The notes under the pieces were generated by a model. The model saw only the letters and a list, made by a program, of their open reading frames with translations, was not told the DNA's origin and ran no database searches. A program made the translations under genes and the position numbers. Positions 38,401 through 47,307 of a stretch of DNA of 64,000 bases are shown one piece after another. How positions within the stretch are numbered: position 1 is the stretch's first letter; every line of letters starts with the position of its first letter. Source of the DNA: a virus. Location: IMG/VR virus record IMGVR_UViG_3300045988_123324, positions 1 to 64,000 of that record, one strand, 5' to 3'.

Positions 38401-39046
38401 ATATGGAGTCATTCTTTCTCTCATACTCTTCTTGTACCCCCACAACCTCTTCCATCGGGTCATTTAGTATTTCGTCCCTAAAATAGAAAAACTGATGCTT
38501 AGACTCTCTAACATCATCTTTATACTTGTTCTTTCCATCATGACTGAAATAGAATAGTCTTAATTCTATCTTCTTTTCTTTGCACCAATCTACAAGTGCG
38601 TCATAACTATCAATGTTTCCATCTGCAAGCATTGTTTCAGTAATCCCACCAAAAAACGCAACATCTGGCAGGTCTGTTTGTTTCTTTAATGCTTTTAGTA
38701 AATTGGTTGCTGTAGCCTTATCTTCTATATTTACAACACTTATATGACTTCCATCTAGCATTTTTTCAAACATAGGAACTAAACTATCCATATGTATTGA
38801 TTTATTGTCATCAAATACTACATTATCAAAGAAATCAGATGAGTTTATCATCCATATTTTCTTATCCCTATACCCCGTGTATTTATATTCCCCAAGCGGT
38901 ATTTTTAAGGTTGAACCAAAAAATGAATCTGATCTATCATCAATGAGTTGCCATGAGACAGTAGATTCATTATATTTTTGAGCAAACACCAAAAACTTGT
39001 CCAACATTTCCTTTAGGGATATTGCTTCCCCTGTCTCATACATCAT
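35495..39046 (-). CDS. paralogue-block protein, largest member, with a PKD-like domain in the C-terminal extension
   Basis: Family core as above. LLVDWGDGSEYQYY...HIYQDKGNYVITIYAEN (about 36480-36720) fits the PKD signature WDFGDGS...H.Y...G.Y.V. Confidence 0.65.
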   Translation of the reverse strand: MMYETGEAISLKEMLDKFLVFAQKYNESTVSWQLIDDRSDSFFGSTLKIPLGEYKYTGYRDKKIWMINSSDFFDNVVFDDNKSIHMDSLVPMFEKMLDGSHISVVNIEDKATATNLLKALKKQTDLPDVAFFGGITETMLADGNIDSYDALVDWCKEKKIELRLFYFSHDGKNKYKDDVRESKHQFFYFRDEILNDPMEEVVGVQEEYERKNDSIFFSNFTIYWREKDVPKHFKDRNEKEEEQSVLDRPRKESFSRFMKKIDIIMNIMLKTFRPVYYTSFQYRNITGGSYEEFFRTKHDVMSEEINKVEGVGNRSIRGKDGIQAFNDAGEMIAVGLHMSYDRDLWMTEQGNITCEAEADDGTNHMNLLPFWDFRGGTPYQRLDIPEYPGTGCPWLTISNRNKSQYGIDKDNKIKYYFSKSNKCATIVFRIMDKSRIYTDCWQTLVFGCFKYDTYSTIPPLYVAGGNQALVPDVWVYFSPDLHVNGLRYLLDMKNPCLSSSNLAYPTDFGGSHMSNFRVLCYDGKWRDVFSMQQTYSEYKYFDVCGAPIYQWGVPVNQHSYIDSNSSHIHKPKQHLDEVYRPNKPKYNLKDRHLLKNPVEVSIKPKEGEDEHNIHGVIDNCYIVPDFDKESGELETKDSRYVLVPNGWDERLWHYPWYVGRIYWGGENAAGINSAVYNTQVSNEQAYKSYHDRENHYEGNENKINTKLLLKTGEVEHIRDFDLGAENNITKDNENTEQRRKLMELYIHIEKPVGITRKIITRISNTGDDTKDYKIEFIDYPTITELQFYADGRTLLVDWGDGSEYQYYTGWENLTEYRHYSDGVNKRRYRTRMRHIYQDKGNYVITIYAENNDSYKNTFKLHEDLDRHQGIVQFFAEVPVRKELPVYDEKEKLTDKKKIVDSVMKFCGGLSIDGATVPRENDEIDYKINPDFYYTVERPKFDLDHKPNIGQMYNIDGLVQTELDAEGKEFVVPDQPLLGESNGEKERYSQEEKIISSNWLGSLVNYQLNGRFEDIFENQDKTWWMILQRTGETNKLKEDFCSDFFGGKMRTANLERKDPNDLTDFYFYEKNIVDDKKSWIHIYESTFKNIYFKGVRDSVYLDVHNIEYWDVQIHLCKRVKLLYVDHFPEPKKDNKIRFNIYSDTVFHVVDMSGNMKHYPFYCKKEQIDKFSKANPELTFKELIV

Positions 39047-39053
39047 ATAGTCA

Positions 39054-39974
39054 TTACTCCTCTATCTTTATAGCAAAATATGTATTTGCCCCTCTATCCA
39101 TCTGTGTGTCAAACACTATAAACTTGCTTCCATCATACTGTAAGATTCTTTCTGCATCAATATCTCTTGCGCCAGAAATCCAATAGCATCCTCTAAGTAG
39201 TCCATTTAAGTCTACAGGATCATTTGTCTGTAGCATTATTGGAATGAGCAAGAAGTTATCCTGATTGATGCTATCAGTTTCCTTGTAGTTAGGAATCAGC
39301 TTTGTGTTGTGTGAAGCATACGGGAATACTGTCCCTGTTGATGAGGGACTTGGATTTGGCTTTGTTGCATTAAACGCTCTCCAATTCCCGTCTGCTCTGC
39401 GTAGCCATCCACTGCCACCATTAGGGAATACAAACGATCCTAATCCTTGTGCTGTCCACTCTTTAGTTCCTGCTACTGTATTACCACAAACATACATTGG
39501 ATATGGATACTGCCTCTCTGATGCAATAGGGTTGAGGAATCCTAGATACATTGATTCATATACGATTGACATTCTACATACAACAACGATTCTGTATGTA
39601 TCTACAAATATCCAATAGAAAAATCTTTCATTCTTAGTTATTGTGAAAGCAGGTTCATTTGCCTTGTACTGTGGTGCAAAATTTTCTTTCTCATCATCAT
39701 ACTTGCCCTCAGACTTTAGATATTGCTGTAGGCATCCTGGCTGTTCAAAGAACCCTAGCTTATCATCGTATCCAACCGCCGAATCAATTATAATCTTATT
39801 CTCTAAGTTGTGATAACTAATCATTATATAAATCTTATCTTGCCCACTACCTGTTCCACAATAAATATAAGTATCCTCTGATAGCTTATATGGTGTCCAT
39901 CCAACTGCCACCAATGCCTTTCTTATCTCATCAAATAGTATGCCTATACTATAGGTATTTCCTGTTACATACAA
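39054..39974 (-). CDS. paralogue-block protein, minimal (core-only) member
   Basis: 306 aa with TTG start 7 nt after AAGGAGTGA. MYLGFLNP...YPMYVCGN, ADGNWRAF, LLRGCYWISG and YFAIKIEE align with the larger members. Confidence 0.6.
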   Translation of the reverse strand: MYVTGNTYSIGILFDEIRKALVAVGWTPYKLSEDTYIYCGTGSGQDKIYIMISYHNLENKIIIDSAVGYDDKLGFFEQPGCLQQYLKSEGKYDDEKENFAPQYKANEPAFTITKNERFFYWIFVDTYRIVVVCRMSIVYESMYLGFLNPIASERQYPYPMYVCGNTVAGTKEWTAQGLGSFVFPNGGSGWLRRADGNWRAFNATKPNPSPSSTGTVFPYASHNTKLIPNYKETDSINQDNFLLIPIMLQTNDPVDLNGLLRGCYWISGARDIDAERILQYDGSKFIVFDTQMDRGANTYFAIKIEE

Positions 39975-39981
39975 TTATCAA

Positions 39982-40239
39982 TCACTCCTTTACAATTCCA
40001 TTAAGAAACTTACTCAGATCTAGTTGACTAAAATCTAGATCTTTCATCCCGTCCATTACAGTAGCTCTAATTTCAATTTCCTGCATATTGCTAATATTCA
40101 TTAAAAGCTGTGATAGCTTATAAGCTACATCAATATTATGATCTTTTGCGTCACCATAAACATTCTTTGATGCAACTCTCTTTAACTGCTCGTTAAAATA
40201 CTCCTCAATTCCACGCACAATCTCTTTTTCTATCTTCAT
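39982..40239 (-). CDS. small hypothetical protein, first gene after the internal promoter
   Basis: ORF track; ATG behind GAGGTGG. Confidence 0.55.
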   Translation of the reverse strand: MKIEKEIVRGIEEYFNEQLKRVASKNVYGDAKDHNIDVAYKLSQLLMNISNMQEIEIRATVMDGMKDLDFSQLDLSKFLNGIVKE

Positions 40240-40250
40240 ATTTCCACCTC

Positions 40251-40304
40251 AAAAAAAAATAAACCTACCAATATCACTAATTATTATAGCATATTAGTAG
40301 GTTT
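40251..40304 (-). terminator. possible terminator/attenuator hairpin after the tape measure gene
   Basis: 12-bp stem with one mismatch (40261-40272/40293-40304), 20-nt loop, then T9 on the minus strand (A9 at 40251-40259). Confidence 0.4.
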
Positions 40305-40311
40305 TTGTCAA
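40283..40311 (-). promoter_or_regulatory. consensus sigma70-type promoter for the paralogue block
   Basis: Minus strand TTGACA (40306-40311) - exactly 17 nt - TATAAT (40283-40288), starting 1 nt after the tape-measure stop codon. Confidence 0.6.
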
Positions 40312-40312
40312 T

Positions 40313-43300
40313 TTAGTTACTAAAGCTCATCTGTGCAAATGCACGTCCTGTTCCTCTCACTGTATCTAGTATATATCTTTCTCCCTTAGTTTTCATGAAG
40401 TGCTCCATAGCCTGTTCTTTATTATCAACAACTGCTATACTCATGTTGTTTGTAGTGGACACGCTTGTTCCAACCTTTTCAGCAAATGAGGTCATTCCTC
40501 TTGCTGTTTCTTGTTGTGCGTCTCCTACTGTACCACCATCTGCGAATCTTGGTAGATGTGCTCTAATCTTTGAAAGATTTCCATTATTTACTGCATTGAG
40601 GAAGTTTGTTCCCATCTGTCTAACTGCGCTAGCCTTTACAACAAATTCACCATTACTTAACATAGCAGGTATGCTGTCAGATGTTCCAGTTCCAATGCCT
40701 GAAATCAATCCACCATCTGCGTGCTTTCCTAAACTTGGCTTTGCACCTCTATTACCGCCACCAATTCCAAAACCTGTTATTGGTAGTCCCCCTAGCATCG
40801 ATCCACCGCCGAATCCCATACCTCCTAGGCTGTTGGTTATAGTGTTTATTGCTTGCACTAGCCCTTGTCCTGCCATCTCAAGATTTTGTCCTATGGTCTG
40901 AGTTACTTGAGCAATCTGATTTCCTGCGTCATCTCCGACTGCACTATTTGTGATGCTTTGTGCCATATCTTGTGTTGCCTTTGTTGCAGAATCCGTTCCT
41001 GCGCCAAAGTTTCCTAGATATAGTGTTGCATTTTGTAGCTGTGTGCCAAATCCAGTTAGGCTGTTTAGCGCATTACCTTTATAATCGACTTTATCCAAAG
41101 GCGAGTTTTTAACTTGAAATGCACCTTTTTTCTCCCACGGATGTAGATTTGGTTGACTAATGTCTATTCCCTGCATTGGTGAAATCGTTGTCATAACAAG
41201 AGGATTATTCTGTAACTTATGTCTACCCTGCCAAATTTGTGAGGATGTGGATTCTCCACGTAATGCCATTGTTGAAGCATACTGATCTTGTGGATTGCCA
41301 TTTTCATCGGTGCCATACTTTCTTGCACTTCTTGTTGGGAATAAAGTCTCCATTAGATTTGTGGTAAGCCTATCTGCAAAGAACTTCTGCATTGTTTTTA
41401 AGAAGTCAACAATCATGTTTTTAAGTGCATCACCAAGACTATTAGCGGAATTTATACCGTCAGTTAAGAACTTATTAAGACCATCTGCAAACGCTTGTTT
41501 TGCTTCTTTTCTTAAATCCCTTAGAAGTTCTGGTTGATGACTTTCCTCCTCTGCAAGCAGCTTTGCTGATTTTATGTCTTGACCGCGCATAACAAGTTTC
41601 TGCTTTTGTAGTCTTAATCCTTCTTGTTCACTTTTTAGAACAGCAATTTTATTTCTATATTCATTCTTCTCATTTGCGTCTTTTGCAAGTCTCTCTAGTT
41701 CGATATATTTAGCAAGACTGTTGTTTACATTCGTAAGTTGTTCGTCATACTGACCAAGTGACTTGTTTACAGCTTCAAGCCATGTTCCATATACCTGTGC
41801 TTTTTGCTCATTTTCTCTTGCTTTAATTTCTCTATGTGCAAATGTTTTCTGATAACTTGTCATATCAGTGGTGTCAACCCACTTGTCATAATTTCCATGA
41901 TATGTGGTAATTTGATTTATGTACTGATTAAATATTTCTCCAAGTGTATCAAACGCTTTTAATATTTTTTCTCTTAAATCTTGCGCTTTATCTACTTGCC
42001 CTATAGCTTCAAAGTCTCTAACCTTAGACCACATCTTATCCATTACAAAGGATGGAGACAGTGGGTTATTTACATCATCGTAAAAATACTTCATGTATTT
42101 CTGCATAAATGTAGATAGATCCATTGATCCTGGGTTTCTCTGGAATGTTTCAAATCCAGCATATTCACCCCATGTTTTAGCAGCTTTTAAGTTATAGTCC
42201 AATCTTCTTTCGAGTAATCCAGATTCAGCCTGATTTAGTTCTGCTAAGAAATTAGTTTTTAATGCCACAAGTAGCTTATCTCTATCTGCACCTTCTGGCA
42301 TCTCTGTTAATATCTTTTTAGCTACTTTTTTATATTTTTCTCTTATCTGTAGCGTCTTTGCAGCAAGTGCGGCTTTATAATCTTCTCCATATATATCTAA
42401 TATGTTTGATTGTGAATCTGCTGTTATTTGAAGTATATCTTCGTTAAATTTTTCTAGCTGTTTGTTTGTTTCAGATTCTATCTGTGTATTGCTTGCGTGT
42501 GTCTGATAAGAGCCACCTGGAACAAGACTACCACTTTGCCATCTGGCACCCATCATCTTATTATACCAATCTTCACCAGTGCTATTTGCTGTTATCTGCT
42601 GACCGCCGACACCACCCTTACCAAAGGATACGTCCCAGTGATCTCCTTCCCATCCAGCACCTACGCCGAACTGTCTAAGCAATTCTTCAAGAACTGCCTT
42701 ATTCATTAGTTTGGAGACATCCATTTTCCATCCTTGGTAGTGTCCCCAATTTCCACCGCTACTATGCTTGTCGCTACCAGTAAAGCTAGTTGGCTCTAGT
42801 CTTTCATGTGTTTGTTCATAATACATCTTAGCCAGCAAGTTGACAGCCATTCTTACATTTTCTTGTACTCTGTCTAGGCTCTCCCCAGATTCATTGAAAT
42901 CATCAAAGTTCAAATACCTTGTATCAAAACCATGAAAGTTATGCTCTTTGTCTGGTGTATATCCCATCAACTCGCCACTACTAGAAACCAATGTTTTTTC
43001 TACACCTTCCATTTGTGAAGATGCGTTATTCATGGCTTCTGCCGCGCTCTGCTGTGCTGATGCAGCTCTGTTTTGAGCATTTGCACTTGCTAAAATGTCA
43101 TTGATCGCTGGTAAGAATCTTTGTCTGCCTATTCCTTCTCCTTCTTTGTCTGCGGGTCTTTCTACAAACTTAGTGAAAGCATATGTCATAGCTTCTGCTG
43201 TCTGACCATTTTCGTTATAGTAAGCAAGTGCTTCTTCAAAATATGCTTTCTGTGTATCATTAAGCTCTTTTACTAAATATGCAAGCTGTGTAAGGATGTG

Positions 43301-46300
43301 ATATGGATCACTGTTATTTTGCGCCGCAAATTCAAACAAACCTTCACGCCGTTCTTTCCTCCACTGTGCAATTCCTGTTGCAAGACCAGCAGGTGAGCCA
43401 TCTGCATAATGATCCATATGTTCATTTTGTGGATTATCTAATGATTCGCCCTTTAGAGCAGCTATGATTCCTCTTGCAATAGCATCACTATATCCCTGAG
43501 AAGTAAGGAATCTATATGCTATTTCTTCATTTGTCATTCCTTGTGTATTTTCCGCATTAAGACCTATTGCTGGCGGTTGTCCTGGAACTGCAACACTTTT
43601 CTTTGATGACGTTGGCATACCATAACCGAATACAGCATTTATCATATCATCTCTTGATTGCTCATTTCTTGCTATTGCCTCTGATACACCACGGATTCCA
43701 TCTACTGCATTTCCAAGTTTCTTTTCATTTTCTCGTATTGCTCGTTCTACATCATGAAGTGCTTTTACTTTTTCATATTCATTATTAAACTGAGAGCCTT
43801 GTATTGTCTTTAATTCTTCTTGCGCTTCTTGTAGCCTTAGTTCAGCTTCTTGCTTTTCAATTTCTGCCTTTTGTGTGTAATAGTCTTTAATTGACATGAA
43901 TCCTTCGTCAAAGGCTATTTTGTTTTTATCTAGAATATCTTTTAAATCATCAAGTGATTCTTTCAGTGCATCTTTTAAGCCTTGAATATGCTCCCTCATA
44001 GCCGCCTGTGATGCCTTTATTGCTTCTTGCCGTGCTTTCTTATTTGCCTTTTCATCACTCTCTGGATTAGGATTACCTTTTACATCATTTAGTCCAACCT
44101 TTTTAGCCGAGCCTGTTTGACGCTCCATAGTCTTTTTAAGGTCTTTTATTCCTTGTTCTAATGATTCTGTTAATGTACCTTTCTTACTTAGTTCCCCGTA
44201 TCTTTCAGTTAAGTATTTCTGAAAACTATACCCGTCGGCTGACCATGTTTTTTCTGAAAGGTTATGATTCCATTCTACTGAATTTTTAAAGTCTTTTGCA
44301 GAATTTAGCGCCCAATTATTCACACGCCCAAGAGATTCTTTTACCCCAGTATCATCTATGCCGAAAAATTTCTTAACCCCGCTTGGTAAAGCATCAACTG
44401 CTGAAAGTAGTGCCTTTGCAATACCTGCTCCAAGCATAACAAAGGAAGAATAAAGTATTTTTACTTTCGCACCAATTAGTTGGAGTAACCTAATAACAGC
44501 CATTATTGGGGCTTCCATAATGGTAAATGCTTCAACAATTACGTCTCCAACCCATGTTGCGGCTCTTGCAAGTTCAAAGAATATTTGAATAGCATCCTTG
44601 ACAAGTTCAATAATTGCATCTATCGGATCTTCTGTTCCAGTGAGTTGTTCCAAAAATGCAATAAATCCATCTGCCAATTCTGCAATCATTTCTATTATTT
44701 CAGGCAGTGCTTCTTTTAGTTTCTCTATTGCCTCTGTTGGAATAAATTTTGCTTCTCCAACTTCACTATCTACATCAAGTCCACCTTGAACAATGTTCTT
44801 TTGTGCATCTAGTCCATAATCTTTTCCTTTTTGTTTCCACTTATTATCGACAATATCGAACTCGTTGCCCATCTCGTCTACCCATTTACCAGTAGCATTG
44901 GTAATGGTGTTAAATAGTCCCATAAACATTGGGGCTACATTTTCAACAATATCTGAGCTTACTTTTAACAATCTATCTTGCATACGTTCAAATGCACCGA
45001 CAGGTGTATTTGAATATTCTTCTAACATTTCTTTGTAGCTTTCAAACTTCTGCATTAGATAGTCAAATCTTGCATCTACATCGTCACCGAATTTTTTCAA
45101 ATCATCATTTGTAATATGTAGTGCATTTGCTACCTGTGATGAACGAGATGTTATACTATTCTGTGCTATATCTCTTGTTTCTTGAAGAACCTGATTTGGT
45201 GCTAACTGTAGTGTCTTTGCCGTCGCAGCTATGCCTTTATTTACTCTATATGCTTGGTCAAGGCTCATGCCCTTACTCATTAGCATTGGTAGAGTACCCT
45301 GCAAAGATTCAATTATTTCTGAAAAATCAAATACTGATTTTTCTGCATCAAGCATAGCCTTATTCATTAGTTTTTGGGATAGTGTTATGGAAGTTGCACC
45401 AGAAGCTTCACCATAGGCATCTTTAAATCCTTTTCCGCCAACATATCCCTGTGACTGTATCGCCGCAGCCATACCATATGTAGCCTTAGACTTCTTTACA
45501 TATAGTTCTATTCCTGGTTTTAACGCTTCATATATAAGCGACACAAGTTGCATTAGTGCATGTCCAAGAGAAGATGTAATGCTTAATAGTGATGAAAACG
45601 CCGCAAATACACCAGTAAGAACAGCAATCCCAGGAAGAATCCTAGCAGCAAATGTTCCAATAGCTCCGCTTGCTCCACCAGTGCCAGCATTTTTAGCAAG
45701 TTCTCCTAGTTGATATGCCGCAACTTCTAGTGCTGAACCAAAGCCCTTACTTGCGCGACCGATTGAGTAGATAGCATTGGAAGATGCTTTTGCATACCAA
45801 GGTGCCTCGTCAATATGATTATCTTTTCTTAGCAGGTCATCAACTTCGTATTCTCTTCCACCAGTATGTCTTTGTAGTCTACTCCTAGACCTGCGATTAG
45901 TTCCATCAGACAATCCAGTTTCTACCCTATTTGCTCTTGCATTTATATTTATATTACTGTTTCTCTTAATATCCGCAATCGCGTCTCTTATCTTTCCTAG
46001 AGTGCTTAATACGCCTTTATCTTCTAATGTTGTTGTAATCTTCTTATTTCCAGTTATTGAATCTAGGATCTTGCCAAGAGATACTGCTTTTGAGGTTGTA
46101 TCTTCAAACCCGCTTGGTTTAATGTTTACAGAATTACTCCCAGATAGTCCTTTTAATGCACTGCCTACTCTTGAGATTGCGCTCTCTGCACCCCTTGCAC
46201 TAGACGCATCAATATTTATTGACTTTCCCCTAATATTGTCTAGTTGCTTTCTAATGGATGCTATTTTTGACGTTACTTCTTTATCATCAAAATTAGTCTT

Positions 46301-46507
46301 TATCTTTGCAGTAAGTCCATCAAGTTGCTTTCTTAAACTGCTTAGTTCTTTATCTACTGATGCACTATCTACTCCTAATTTAATATTTCCTTGAAGTGAC
46401 TTTGTTGCGCCCTCTATTGCTTTGTTTAATTCTTTTATCTCTGCAATAGCTTTATCAGCTTTTGCTTTAAACTCAACTTCTTGTACTACTTTTGCCAAAC
46501 TATTCAT
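40313..46507 (-). CDS. tail tape measure protein with embedded cell-wall hydrolase domains
   Basis: 2064 aa, mostly coiled-coil/Gly-Ala-rich, directly after the G/GT chaperones. Contains a tail-lysozyme-like segment (AALKGESL...GLATGIAQWRKERREGLFEF) and an M15-like GHYQGWKMDV...GDHWDV segment. Confidence 0.9.
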   Translation of the reverse strand: MNSLAKVVQEVEFKAKADKAIAEIKELNKAIEGATKSLQGNIKLGVDSASVDKELSSLRKQLDGLTAKIKTNFDDKEVTSKIASIRKQLDNIRGKSINIDASSARGAESAISRVGSALKGLSGSNSVNIKPSGFEDTTSKAVSLGKILDSITGNKKITTTLEDKGVLSTLGKIRDAIADIKRNSNININARANRVETGLSDGTNRRSRSRLQRHTGGREYEVDDLLRKDNHIDEAPWYAKASSNAIYSIGRASKGFGSALEVAAYQLGELAKNAGTGGASGAIGTFAARILPGIAVLTGVFAAFSSLLSITSSLGHALMQLVSLIYEALKPGIELYVKKSKATYGMAAAIQSQGYVGGKGFKDAYGEASGATSITLSQKLMNKAMLDAEKSVFDFSEIIESLQGTLPMLMSKGMSLDQAYRVNKGIAATAKTLQLAPNQVLQETRDIAQNSITSRSSQVANALHITNDDLKKFGDDVDARFDYLMQKFESYKEMLEEYSNTPVGAFERMQDRLLKVSSDIVENVAPMFMGLFNTITNATGKWVDEMGNEFDIVDNKWKQKGKDYGLDAQKNIVQGGLDVDSEVGEAKFIPTEAIEKLKEALPEIIEMIAELADGFIAFLEQLTGTEDPIDAIIELVKDAIQIFFELARAATWVGDVIVEAFTIMEAPIMAVIRLLQLIGAKVKILYSSFVMLGAGIAKALLSAVDALPSGVKKFFGIDDTGVKESLGRVNNWALNSAKDFKNSVEWNHNLSEKTWSADGYSFQKYLTERYGELSKKGTLTESLEQGIKDLKKTMERQTGSAKKVGLNDVKGNPNPESDEKANKKARQEAIKASQAAMREHIQGLKDALKESLDDLKDILDKNKIAFDEGFMSIKDYYTQKAEIEKQEAELRLQEAQEELKTIQGSQFNNEYEKVKALHDVERAIRENEKKLGNAVDGIRGVSEAIARNEQSRDDMINAVFGYGMPTSSKKSVAVPGQPPAIGLNAENTQGMTNEEIAYRFLTSQGYSDAIARGIIAALKGESLDNPQNEHMDHYADGSPAGLATGIAQWRKERREGLFEFAAQNNSDPYHILTQLAYLVKELNDTQKAYFEEALAYYNENGQTAEAMTYAFTKFVERPADKEGEGIGRQRFLPAINDILASANAQNRAASAQQSAAEAMNNASSQMEGVEKTLVSSSGELMGYTPDKEHNFHGFDTRYLNFDDFNESGESLDRVQENVRMAVNLLAKMYYEQTHERLEPTSFTGSDKHSSGGNWGHYQGWKMDVSKLMNKAVLEELLRQFGVGAGWEGDHWDVSFGKGGVGGQQITANSTGEDWYNKMMGARWQSGSLVPGGSYQTHASNTQIESETNKQLEKFNEDILQITADSQSNILDIYGEDYKAALAAKTLQIREKYKKVAKKILTEMPEGADRDKLLVALKTNFLAELNQAESGLLERRLDYNLKAAKTWGEYAGFETFQRNPGSMDLSTFMQKYMKYFYDDVNNPLSPSFVMDKMWSKVRDFEAIGQVDKAQDLREKILKAFDTLGEIFNQYINQITTYHGNYDKWVDTTDMTSYQKTFAHREIKARENEQKAQVYGTWLEAVNKSLGQYDEQLTNVNNSLAKYIELERLAKDANEKNEYRNKIAVLKSEQEGLRLQKQKLVMRGQDIKSAKLLAEEESHQPELLRDLRKEAKQAFADGLNKFLTDGINSANSLGDALKNMIVDFLKTMQKFFADRLTTNLMETLFPTRSARKYGTDENGNPQDQYASTMALRGESTSSQIWQGRHKLQNNPLVMTTISPMQGIDISQPNLHPWEKKGAFQVKNSPLDKVDYKGNALNSLTGFGTQLQNATLYLGNFGAGTDSATKATQDMAQSITNSAVGDDAGNQIAQVTQTIGQNLEMAGQGLVQAINTITNSLGGMGFGGGSMLGGLPITGFGIGGGNRGAKPSLGKHADGGLISGIGTGTSDSIPAMLSNGEFVVKASAVRQMGTNFLNAVNNGNLSKIRAHLPRFADGGTVGDAQQETARGMTSFAEKVGTSVSTTNNMSIAVVDNKEQAMEHFMKTKGERYILDTVRGTGRAFAQMSFSN

Positions 46508-46516
46508 CTCCTCCTA

Positions 46517-46548
46517 AATAAAAAAAAGCCCTACTTTTGCAGGGCTTT
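46517..46548 (-). terminator. hairpin + T-run between the chaperone and tape measure genes (attenuator?)
   Basis: 8-bp stem 46525-46532/46541-46548, then T-rich run (TTTTTTTTATTT) and AGGAGGAG-ATG of the tape measure gene on the minus strand. Overlaps the stop of the T frame. Confidence 0.5.
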
Positions 46549-47241
46549 ATTTTCTCATATCCTCAAGAAGTTTCGGTATCTTCTTACTTCCACCAAACGC
46601 ACCAGATATTCCGACCATTACGCCCTCGATAAAGTCGGCGTTTTGTCTCATATCATATTTTATGCACTTCTCATAAAACATGGAAATCTCATCTTTTGAG
46701 TAGGTATGTATTATTTTTTCTTTATCATGACCATGAGCAACAAGTGTATTTATTGCATCATATATGGTTACTTCTACTTCTCCTTTTTTGATCTCTTCTT
46801 CTTTGGAGTCAGGTTTGCGTTTAGCTTGCTCCAACAATTCACGAAAAAACCCTTGTTTATCTTGTAAACCTCGGTAAGTAGATCAACACCCTCAAGGCAA
46901 TCGACACTCTCTACTTCTTCCTCTGTCATATTAGTTGATTTAAGAATGATGTATCTAATAATGTCAACACTATCATCACCAATAAGTCCAAGAAGGTCTA
47001 TAATACCTGTCATGCGAACTCCATTGATTTCTTCCTGTGATGCTCCCTCTTTTCGATACATAATCTTATTGAGTGAAATATCAAATATCTCTGGATTACC
47101 TAGCACCTTTGCAACAAGATCACTAATCTTAGCCGCAATTCGGATGGTGTCAAGAAGCGCAATGCGCTTTACTGTAACCATCTTACCCCCTACACTCATC
47201 TCTTTTTCTGAGAGAAGTAGATCCATCTCTTTATTTTCCAT
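46547..47241 (-). CDS. tail assembly chaperone GT fusion (needs -1 ribosomal frameshift)
   Basis: Two overlapping frames (46774-47241 and 46547-46837) immediately upstream of the tape measure gene. The downstream frame is -1 relative to the upstream frame and lacks its own ATG. Confidence 0.7.
46774..47241 (-). CDS. tail assembly chaperone G
   Basis: Trimmed to the ATG at 47239-47241, 8 nt after AGGAGG (MENKEMDLL...). The track start at 47301 lies further upstream. Confidence 0.7.
   Translation of the reverse strand: MENKEMDLLLSEKEMSVGGKMVTVKRIALLDTIRIAAKISDLVAKVLGNPEIFDISLNKIMYRKEGASQEEINGVRMTGIIDLLGLIGDDSVDIIRYIILKSTNMTEEEVESVDCLEGVDLLTEVYKINKGFFVNCWSKLNANLTPKKKRSKKEK
46783..46789 (-). 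promoter_or_regulatory. -1 frameshift slippery heptamer A AAA AAG
   Basis: In the G frame: tcA AAA AAG gag aag TAG. The -1 frame continues AAA AAA GGA GAA GTA... A second candidate, G GGT TTT, lies at 46846-46852. Confidence 0.6.
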
Positions 47242-47307
47242 GTTTATTTCCTCCTGATAATCGTTATATTTAATTATATCACATTTATCTTTATTTGTCA
47301 AATACCG

